From: Octopus vulgaris
Taxonomy: Eukaryota
Length of the DNA stretch: 64,000 nt
Assembly: GCA_951406725.2 (NCBI GenBank)
Contig: OX597815.1
Coordinates: 172,670,001 to 172,734,000, forward strand
Reading direction: 5' to 3'
Of this stretch, positions 41,774 through 52,182 are shown piece after piece. Every line of letters starts with the position of its first letter. Within the stretch, counting starts at the first letter, position 1. The position numbers were made by a program, and so were the translations under genes. Under the pieces are notes generated by a model. That model had not been told where the DNA came from. It searched no databases and saw only the letters and a list, made by a program, of their open reading frames with translations.

Positions 41774-42094
41774 GGTACACACACACACATGATGGTTTTC
41801 TTTCAGCTTCCATTAAGCAAATTCACACACAAATCTATGGTTGGTCCGAGGCTATAGTAGATGACACTTACTCTAGGTGCCACATAGTAGGACTGAACCT
41901 GAAACCATGTGACTGAGAAGCAAATTCTTTATTCATACAATCACATCTTGTGCCTAGAAATATATATATATATATATATATCATAAATCCGGAGAAGCAG
42001 CACACTCTAAGATGTAGAGCAGTATATATATTTTACTGGGGAAGGCCAGTTTATGGGATAAATGGGCCTTCCCCTGTATATACACACATACACT

Positions 42095-42126
<32 letters not shown>

Positions 42127-42854
42127 CACACACATATACACTTAAATATAGAAACATAAATACAGATCATGTATTTATATGTATTATTGATGCTATATAT
42201 GCTGTAAGTGTGTGTGTGTGTGTGTGTGTGTGTGTAACAAAAACGAGAAACTCAGAGTAGTAATGAGTGTAACATCAGCTTTAAAGAAATAAAAATTCTG
42301 CTATATATATTGAGTAATATTTCTCCTATTTGTTTGTGTGTGTAAGTATATGTGTATGTATGTGTGTGAATGTGTGTGTGTGTGTCTGTGTGTATACACA
42401 CACACACATATATGAATGATATTATAAAGTTAAATACCAATTTCAGATTGTAAAAGAATGAAACCAGAGATCTATAAAAAAAAATGGGATGCACATTAAA
42501 TATGTTTAACGGGTAACATAGTTGCCAGACAAGCAATGGATATGTTGTACCTGTCTCATGAGTGGGTTTGACGTGCTCGTTATGATCTCAAAAATAGGCT
42601 TTACATGTTTAATATTGTTTTCATTTAAAACTCTTAGTGATTAATTTATTATTGATATATACATATATAAAAAAAAAAAAATAGAGGTACAGAAATATGT
42701 AGAAGGAATGAGAGAAAATAGAACAGGGGCTTAAAATGAAAGGTATTCAATGCATATATTTACAGGTATGTTCATTGATATACATATGAATCTATTAGCA
42801 AACATTCACTTATATAGGAATATATATATATATATCACGGTCCACAACCTGAAT

Positions 42855-42928
<74 letters not shown>

Positions 42929-43011
42929 AGAGAGAAAGAGAGAGGGAGGGAGGGCGAGAGAGAGAGAAAGAGAAGACCTTTATATATCTACTTAAGTAAG
43001 ATGTGTGTGTG

Positions 43012-43044
<33 letters not shown>

Positions 43045-43906
43045 ATATATATTTGACCGTATGTAGTTTCATTCATTTGTATGTATTTGTTGCATATAAA
43101 CATTTTTTTTTCTAGCACTGCCATGTTTTGGTGCAGTGTGACACATATTCTGCAGCATCTTTCTGATTAAATATAAACTATGTCAATATGTGAAAGGAAA
43201 GATGGGCGATGGCGATGAATGAAACAGTCGAATGCCAGACTAAATGCATTACACTAAGTATTTTCTGTCTTTTCAGTTTCTTATTCAAATACCACCACAG
43301 TTGACTTTGCTATTCATCCCTGTGGAGTTTATAAAATAATTACCCATAATTACTAACTTGGACTCAATTCAATCTATTTTACTACAAACATTGACCTTTT
43401 ATCTATATCTATGTATTTAAGAAATCAATACAGTAAAGAAAAGATTCCCAATGCAAATTTTAAAAAGAAAGGTATCTTATTCTCTTGATTTATTTATTTC
43501 GCTTATGGTGACTATCACAGTCCTCAACCTGGTTTTGATTCCTTCTTAGAATCATTTCACACTGCTATTGGCCTTGAAAATGGCTTGGTTCTTACAACTT
43601 TCCATTTTCCCATTCCGTATTAAATAAGGAATCTATCTATTTGCCATAATTCAAACAGAGGGGACATAAAAGTGTCATAAAAACACACAATGTAAATACT
43701 GCCATTTACATCAACAAGTAAATTTCAAAGGCAAAAATGCACAAAGAATTGATTGTTTCCCCTCATCCCTTGGATAAGATACAATTTAAAATTAAAACAC
43801 TAAAAAGAATCAATAAACTATTACTAGGATTTACTGTAATGATGTATTTGTGAAAAATGATTTTGGTGTAAACTAATATGGTGACAAAATGATATTACCA
43901 AACACA

Positions 43907-43955
<49 letters not shown>

Positions 43956-44028
43956 TTTTATGTATGTATGTATATATGTGTATCTATATCTATATCTATA
44001 TATATATATATATACATATATATGTGTG

Positions 44029-44084
<56 letters not shown>

Positions 44085-44935
44085 TATATATGTATGTATA
44101 TATAGTGAAAATTTACAGTAAAAGAAAAGACAGGTGTGTAAACAACAAACAGATGTATTAGTTTAACGCTTGGTGTATATATATATATAAATATATATAT
44201 ACACACATAAACATATATACATATATATATATATAATATGTAAGGTATAAAGAGGGAAATGAGCAATACTACAACTAACACTCCTGTCTTTATTGAAAGA
44301 GAATACATTAACACATAGAATGCATTACACCTAGTAAATAACCTCTTATATCATAATAAATAAGATGGAATATCAGTATTTAAATACTTAAAAGGAAAGT
44401 GCAGCAGAAATAAATTCCTCTTACCAGATAGATAGATAGATAGTTATATAGATAGCTAAATTTTGTAATGCTAATTACATTTTGCTTTCTAAAAATCAAG
44501 AAAGTGATTTATAATAGAGTGAACAATAAAATGAGAGAATGAAAGAAAGTGATGAAAAGAAAAAGGATAAGCTATTTTCTCTTTTCCACACTGTGTATTT
44601 AGGTTAGAACAAATGTGCAGAAGAAAAATGTATGCAGTGAAGAGCTATACAACAACACTGACAGTGAAATACAATAGTAGCAAATATGGTAATCAATTTT
44701 ATAGTTGAACAATCAACAAATCCATTAAAAAATGTTTTCAGAAATTTTCAAATGGTTCTCTACAACCACAACCAGAACCTGGCAATCCTTCTGCTTAAAC
44801 AAATCACACTTCTCTGTTTGCCCTATCTATATAACAGAGATCAAAAGAAATGCAAAATAGTATTTTATACATATATGCATTTGTATATCAGTATCTATTG
44901 CATGTGTGTATGTCTCGCTGCATATGCACACACAA

Positions 44936-44984
<49 letters not shown>

Positions 44985-45154
44985 CAAATATTCACGCACA
45001 CACACATATATATATATACACATACACGTCAACTCATGTTTGTGAAGCAGCAGGAGACTAGTAGAATCACATCAATATTCAAAGATGTAATGTTGCCATT
45101 AACAACTAGTGTGTGCAGATGAAGGATTTACTTTGCACAATCATAATTTACCCT

Positions 45155-45204
<50 letters not shown>

Positions 45205-45498
45205 TATAAACATATATGTGTTATATATATATATATATAGATATATACATATAGATATAGATATAGATATAGATATATATATATTACATGTACTCATACA
45301 TGTATTCAATTGAGTAAAAATATATGAATATCTAGGAAGTTATGATTAGAAGTAAGCAGGTGTCACCATGTGTATATGTGCATATATATGTAATATAGGT
45401 GTGTGTTGGTGAGTGTGTGTGTGTAGAAAAAACATGTACATGTATGTAAGTATGTATGTATAATATGTACATATATTTATATATATATAAAAGCCAAC

Positions 45499-45549
45499 CT
45501 TAATTTGTGTACTAGGTCCCAAACAGCTGAGTCCAACTACTGTTTGCAT
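45499..45549 (-). CDS. CACNB: Candidate first coding exon of Cav beta subunit (MQTVVGLSCLGPSTQIK)
   Basis: ATG at 45549, 17 codons, then AAG|GTTGGC donor. Phase 0 matches the next exon (GSAES...). It lies directly downstream of a TE-poor, GA/CA-rich block. The donor is weak and there is no transcript evidence. Confidence 0.55.
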
Positions 45550-46800
45550 ATAGTAGATGGTCCATACAGAAGTGATCAGCAGCAACAAGAGGAGAAAGAA
45601 GTTGGGGGAGGGAGGTTTTGTAGTATTAGTAGCAGTAGCAACGTTCAATAAGGTGGAAGACAATACAGTACTATATACATACACATATATATTATTTATT
45701 GTATTATATTATATTTGATGTGTGTGTGAGTGTGTGTGGCTGCGTGTGTGTGTGTATGTGTGTGTGTGTGTGTGTGTGTGTCTGTGTGTGTGTGTATCAC
45801 TCTGACAGTAGCCAGTCAGTTAGACAGTCATGGTTAAGTAGTGCAGCTGTAAGTGAGAGGCAGAGGACCTCTAAGGCAAACATCATCTTTACGGATAAGA
45901 GAGATAAAGAGAGGAAAGGGACGAAAAGAAGAGAGGAAAAAAAAGAAAAGAAAGGAAAAATCAGATGACTGCGATGATAATGAAAGAAGCAACACCAAAC
46001 TGCCTAATGTAATAATCCTCATCACACAACTGACTTTTTTCCTCGGATGAATCTATGCTATAACAGATATTAGCTGTGTACGGTGTGATGTGTATCCCTC
46101 TGTTTTCCAGATCTCATAACATATTCAATATGAAGCTCATTGCCGTTGGCCGCACACTACTGACCTTGTCATTCAGGACTCCGAGACAAATTGCTGGTTA
46201 TTACCAGGCTCAACAACTGGTGGCAGCAGTGGGAGGAAGAAGAGGAGAAGAGGAGGAGGATGGAAGAGGCGGCGGTAGCGGTGGTGGTGGTGGTGGGGGG
46301 GCTCCTAATGAATGTTGCAATTATTAAGCATAGTATTACTTACACTGTTGTTCAGCCAACATACCTGCTTGTGCTGATGAAAATCTATGTAGTCAAACCT
46401 GCTTGCGCTTGTGTCCCACACTTTCAAGAGTGTTAGTGAATATGATTGCGTGTGCGTGTGTGAGTGTATTAGAGTTAGTGAGAGAGAGAGAGAGAAAGAG
46501 AGAGCAAGAGAGAGTAGAAGTAAAATTGTTCAGGCTGTTCCTTCACAGAATTTAAATGCTGAATAGTGTACAGGAGAGAGATAATGAAGAGATGGAGGAA
46601 GGTTGTTTCCTCTATCTCTATACACCTTTCTCTCTGAGCATCAGATGAGGTGAAAGAGGAAGAAGGAGAGAGTGAAAGAAAGAGAGATGAAAAGAAAGGT
46701 GTAAAGTGATTATAAGAGGGAGGGTGAAAGTGTGAGAGAGCAAAGCAGAGCAAACTAGAGAGTGAAAGTGAAATTAAAGAAAGATTGAGGAGAGAGCAAA
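45550..46800 (-). promoter_or_regulatory. Putative promoter / 5'UTR block of the Cav beta gene
   Basis: About 1.2 kb with no recognisable TE, locally GC-richer, with (GGT)n, GA-rich and (GA)n/(CA)n tracts, immediately upstream of the candidate ATG. Possible minus-strand donors near 46364 (CAG|GTATGT) and 46343 (GTAAGT). Confidence 0.4.
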
Positions 46801-47084
46801 TGTGTGTGTGTGTGTGTGTGTCTGTGTTTGTCCTTTACAATTATTTTCAGTGGGAAATACCTCTCAATACCACATGGATCCAAAAATAAATGCATTGTTC
46901 ATAAATATATCCATCAAATTATTTCATTGAAATGTATCTTTTGCACACACACGCACACACACACACACACACACAGGTACACACACAGATACACTCACTC
47001 TCTTTTCCTCCCCTCTCTATATCTTTCTCCCTATCTTATCTATTTTTTTGTGCTATCAACTTGAATCTGCCTGTCTGTCCACCC

Positions 47085-47123
<39 letters not shown>

Positions 47124-47649
47124 CTCTCTCTCTCTTAAGAAGCCTGTCTTCAATAGATACATCTTCAAAGGTGAAGTATTTTGTAAGGTACTGACATCTT
47201 TTGTAGAAAAAAATTAAAAAACAATCCTGAAAAGAAATGTCTTTTCTTTGGCTAGAGACATTTATTTATAGCTAAGCTCCTAGTGCAGTTTTTGAAGACA
47301 TGAGTATGCAGGAGAGAGGGGATACTTCTTTTTTTGTACCTGTATTTATGTGGTACGTATATAGATAAGCATCACCATCAGCAACAGCAGCAGTAGTAAT
47401 ATTATTATCATCACCACCAGCACTGCCATTATCAATACCAAAATAACACCATCATGTGGTCAATCATTATGCTAGAAATAGCTTCCAAATCTCCCTTAAA
47501 TCACACCGTATCATCTTAGATAAAGAAAAAGTACATTAAAAAATGCAGTTCATTATACACCTTAAAAAAGATAAGATGGCCATATCTTGAATAATTTTGA
47601 TTACAGGTATGCTGAAAGAAGGCTTAATTGGGATTAAACAACAAAATAA

Positions 47650-47797
47650 TTTCTTTATTTACATTATTTACATTTGACGGATATTTGTCTTCATCTTCTT
47701 TGTTGTTAACATGTTTCGGCTGATATACCCTCCAGCCTTCATCAGGTGTCTTGGGGAAATTTTGAACCTGGGTTCTCATTCCTAAGGTATTTTTCGA

Positions 47798-47832
<35 letters not shown>

Positions 47833-47903
47833 TCACTGCCTGGAATCAAACTAAGAATCTTGGTGTTAGTAGCCCGCGCTCTTAACTACTAATGCATATG
47901 CCC
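47650..47903 (-). mobile_element. tRNA-headed short element with (AAT)n spacer and 3' hammerhead-like fold
   Basis: Head GGGCATATGCATTAGTAGTTAAGAGCGCGGGCTACTAAC...AGTTTGATTCCAGGCAGTGACC (47829-47903), then (AAT)n, then GACAC-CTGATGA-A-GGCTG(10 nt)CAGCC-GAAA-CA (47707-47750). Confidence 0.7.
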
Positions 47904-48429
47904 AAGGACATATGGCATAGTGGTCATGAGAATTGAACTCATGACCTTACAATCATGAGCTGAATATCCTAACCACTAAGCCACACACTTTCACATCATA
48001 TATAAACTAGTTGTCTAAGAATTATAATAGTGTAAGAATACCTGTAAAAAATAAAGATTTTAAAAAATTTCCACCTTCTCAAGTAATGATAATAATAATC
48101 CTTTCAACTAATAAGCACAATGTTTGAAATGCAGTTCATTATACACCTTAAAAAAGCTGATTGCATCAACCGTCAGTGTTTGACTGATACTTATTTTATT
48201 GACCCAGAATGGATGAAAGACAAAGTCAACCTCTTCAGAATTTGAACTCAGAATATAAAGACAGACAAAATGCTTCTAATCAATTTTTCCTGTGTGCTAA
48301 CAATTCTGCCAGCTTGCCATCTTAATGAAAACAATTATCAATAATCCTTTCTTTATATAATAAACATAATAATAGTAACAACAACAACAACAATTAATAA
48401 TAATGATAATAATAATAACTATCACTATG

Positions 48430-49310
48430 ATATCCCACACCCTAAGAACTGGTATGAAGACCATCCAGAGCCAGCCACTGAGGGAGAAAACATTACTATC
48501 CTATGGAATTATGGGATACTTACAGACAGGCAAGTAAATACTAACAGACCAGACATCATCATCAAAGATATAAGACAAAGAACATACCTGTTAATTGATA
48601 TGACAGTTAATTGATACAACATGCTTATTAATTGATATGACTGATAGAAACATCTCAGCAAAAGAATTTGAAAACTGTTGAAATATAAGGAGCTTGAGAC
48701 TGAGATATCTAAGACATGCAATTAAAAACCGAAACTATCCCTTTTGTTGTAGATGCCCTGGGAATGATCAAGAAAGGTACTGACAAATTTTTTGACCAGA
48801 TCCTTGGGAAACCAACAATCTGTGAGACCCGATAAGTTGTGTTGACATCAACCACCCACATTATCAAAAATTTTCTCTCCATCTAATATATACATGCCTT
48901 AGCTCTCTGGTCGAGACCCAGTTGGAAGATGAAAGAAAATGCAAATAAAATAATACAAATCAAGACATGACAGAGTTGGCCAATTTCTACACTGGATAAT
49001 GTGTTGGCATTATAAAATCAAAACTGCTGACAAATGGTACAAGCACCACCCTGAGGCTGTAACTGAGGGAGAAAATGTAACTATTCTTTGGAACTTCCTA
49101 TTATGTACAGACCAGACCATCAAAGCAAACAAACCAGATATTTTTGAGGAAGACTAAAACAATAAAGTCTGTTTATTGATTGACATGAGCAAACCCTGTG
49201 ACCATAATATCTCAGCAAAAGAATTTGATAAGCTCAGAAAATATAAAGATTTGCTCATCAAAATTGAAAAGATGTAGCATCTTTGCTCAACAAAGACATA
49301 TTATACCATT
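48430..49310 (+). mobile_element. Two tandem Dong/R4-clade fragments (restriction-like endonuclease domain)
   Basis: WYEDHPEPATEGENITILWN..ITD...NRPDIII...LLIDMTV and HWIMCWHY...WYKHHPEAVTEGENVTILWNF..TDQTIKANKPDI...CLLIDMS.PCDHNISAKEFDKLRKYKDL. Preceded by (TAA)n/(CAA)n. Confidence 0.85.
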
Positions 49311-49329
49311 GTTGGAAGCAAGATGATCC

Positions 49330-49640
49330 CAGGATTGAAAATCTACCCTTTATTTGGTTCTTGCACATTCAGCATTGCAATCTGATTTAAACGCATTTGG
49401 GTTGCTATTTCAAGCAGGTAAAGCTTGGCTGATTCACACCATCTTGGTTGTTGTTTGTTAGATGATGTCAGAGATTAAAGGGGAGATAAATGACATTTGC
49501 TTTGTTAATTTTACATCGAAATAAGAACTTTGGGACAAATTGGTCAACAGTTGGAATTCAAATTGGGACTGGAGCAATAGAATGATTGCATTACAGAATT
49601 AATTCTCATACATCCTTAACCTCCAATCAAATATCGCCAG
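49330..49640 (-). mobile_element. Possible CR1-like LINE 3' remnant
   Basis: Weak resemblance to a CR1 C-terminus (RINS...SFYCS..P...NS.). Heavily decayed. Confidence 0.3.
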
Positions 49641-49836
49641 AGCTTATAGTCATTATAGACATATTATTGTCATGTTATATAGCTCTCTTCAGTTTAAAGC
49701 CACAGGCCCAATTAGCCCTCCGCAGGAGCTAGCTTAAAAGTCCACACAGAGTGCAGCTTTTAAGCTAGTATATATATATGTGTATCGCTAGCCACTAAAG
49801 CTTTTTTTTATTCTCTCTGTTTATTTTCTCATGTTC

Positions 49837-49872
49837 CTTTCTGCTGAAGAGCTTAGGCTCGAAACGTAAAAG
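49837..49872 (+). ncRNA. Minimal type-I hammerhead ribozyme fold (core variant)
   Basis: CUUU-CUGCUGA-A-GAGC(uuag)GCUC-GAAA-CG-UA/AAAG: stem I 4 bp, stem II 4 bp, palindromic ACGU stem III. A degenerate paralogue lies at 19097-19132. Confidence 0.62.
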
Positions 49873-49957
49873 ACTTTCTCACCTTCCTGAGCAGTAAACT
49901 AATACACCAGTTTTTTGTTTACACACCTGTCATTGTCTTTTGTTTTTTGTATATTCC

Positions 49958-50003
<46 letters not shown>

Positions 50004-50552
50004 GAGAGGGATTACTATGCCTCCACCTAATAAGTAGAAGCACCTTGGACTGTCTGGTGACACATCACAAAAACAAGGCCAAGTAATTAATGTCTCTATC
50101 TCAGTTCAACAATTTTAATTGTGCATATTCAAACAATATTCCTTTTCATTAGTCTAGTGCAGGAGCAGTGTATAAGGAAATAAGATAACCAACAAAATAG
50201 AGACAATTACATGTGGTTAAAGCAGTTAACCATTCAACATTAATTGTTCTAAGTCAATGGCTGACAAGAAAATATGGGAAAAAATTGAATTTCCAGAAGA
50301 GTGCAATACTTTGGAAGAAAGATTAATGTAATTTGTTCAACATGGCTTCTAGTGGGGGAGAAAATCAGAGAAAGGAAGAAATTAAGATATTGCATAAGTT
50401 CCATTTAAATCAAAGGGGTATGTAATTAGCAAAAAATAAAGGGAGTAAAGGCATTTGTGGTAATAACACTGAAGAAAAATGACAAAAGAATCCAACTCTC
50501 TTCAATATTAACTGTGTCATCACAGATACTGGAACAAAAAGAAAACATGTAC

Positions 50553-50605
<53 letters not shown>

Positions 50606-51557
50606 TGTGTGTGTGATTGTGTGGTAAGAAGTTTGCTTCCCAACCACATGGTTCTCGGTTCAGTACCACTGAGTTGCACTTTCCACAAGCATCTTCTACT
50701 ATAGCCTAAGGCTTAGCCAAAGCCTTGTGAGTGGATTTGGTGGGCCAAAATTGAAAGAAGCGCATCATATATGTGCGTGCATGTGCATGCATACGTGTGT
50801 ATGTGTATGTGTGTGTGTGTGTGTGTGTGTTTTTGTCCCCCCACCACCACCATCTGACAACCAGTGTTGGTGTGTTTTTGTCCCTATTAATTGGCAGTTA
50901 GGCAAAAGCGACCAATGGAGTAAGTACCAGGCTTAAAAAGAAAATAAGTACAGGAGTTAATTAGTTCAACTTAAAGTCTTCAAAGCAATGCCCCAGCATG
51001 GCCACAGTCTAATGACTGAAACGAGCGAAAGATAAAAGATAAAAGGCATACGTATGACTATACATGTATATATCGACTAACACTATAGTCACTATTCAAG
51101 ATAGTTCTCCCCAGTTAAATTTACAGTGTTTTCTACATATTTTATTGATAACATTATGGCTACTATTAAAATTTATTTAGTATTTTTTTCATTAACACGT
51201 CATTTACTCATAACATATGAACACACAACAACTTGAACTGTTATAATATTATCAGAGATCATATCTTCAGCCAGACTTACTTCCCTAAGCAACTACTATA
51301 TTGATTTCCTAAATGGGCACAAAGCCTATAGAACTGTTATGCGATTGTGTGACATGCATGCTTTTCTCATATACATTAATGCCTATGCTACTACTTTATT
51401 GAATAGATTAACCTACTAACTAAAGTGTAACAGTGCACTTTGAATAAACTAGAAGTATCCATATGAAAAGTACCAAACAGTGCATATATCATTTAGTCTG
51501 TGGCTGAATATTGAAATCAGCAGACTGTGTGAGTCTATGTGCATATATATATATATA

Positions 51558-51955
51558 CTAGCAGTATCACCCGGCGTTGCTCAGGTTTGTTTCGACCCTT
51601 TACTTTAGAATTGGAATTTTTGAAAAGTAAAAATTTTGCATTATGTAGCTTGTTATTCTCTTTAAGTGAACATTTTTCTGGTTGAAATACACCGAAAAAT
51701 GGCGACACAGCAGTAAAAAAATCGTAAAAATAGGGATTTTCATAGAAAAAAAAGCACCTTTTTGATGTGAATTTTTGGTCTTAACATGGTCCGATTTGAA
51801 TTTTATCTTCTGCGGAATGAAGAGCAAGCCTTCTTCTATCATACTCTCAATTATGGTCAACTTGAACCGCAGGGTCTCGGAGGAGTTAGTGTTAGTTGAA
51901 GTCTACCAAACCTGCCACACACAGACAACTTCAGCTGTATAACTTCAGCTGTATA
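51558..51955 (-). mobile_element. Non-autonomous Helitron-like element
   Basis: Minus-strand 3' end is a GC hairpin (CCTGAGCAACGCCGGG) followed by CTAG|T, inserted in (TA)n. A second isolated 3' end GCCAGGCAACACTGGG...CTAGT is at 56427-56455(+). Confidence 0.7.
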
Positions 51956-51959
51956 TATA

Positions 51960-52007
<48 letters not shown>

Positions 52008-52046
52008 GGCATGCACATGTGTGCACACACACACACACATTCTTTT

Positions 52047-52182
52047 TTATTAATATTTAGCAGAAGTAACAGAGTGACTCAAGGTCTGAGAGTTTCATGT
52101 ATTGACACTTATCAAACTAGTTTCATAAGTTCCAACACACGAAGCTCTCAGACCTCCAGTTATTCTACTAAATATTAATGAA
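52047..52182. repeat. About 135-bp imperfect palindrome (fold-back)
   Basis: Centre AAACTAGTTT. Arms AGGTCTGAGAG / CTCTCAGACCT and ATTAATATTTAG / CTAAATATTAAT. Confidence 0.85.

Noticed and set aside
46076-46327. Gly/Glu-rich plus-strand ORF and its Pro/Ser-rich minus-strand reading
   Set aside because: Low-complexity trinucleotide tract. The minus-strand frame stops (TGA) before any donor, so it is better explained as UTR or promoter sequence.
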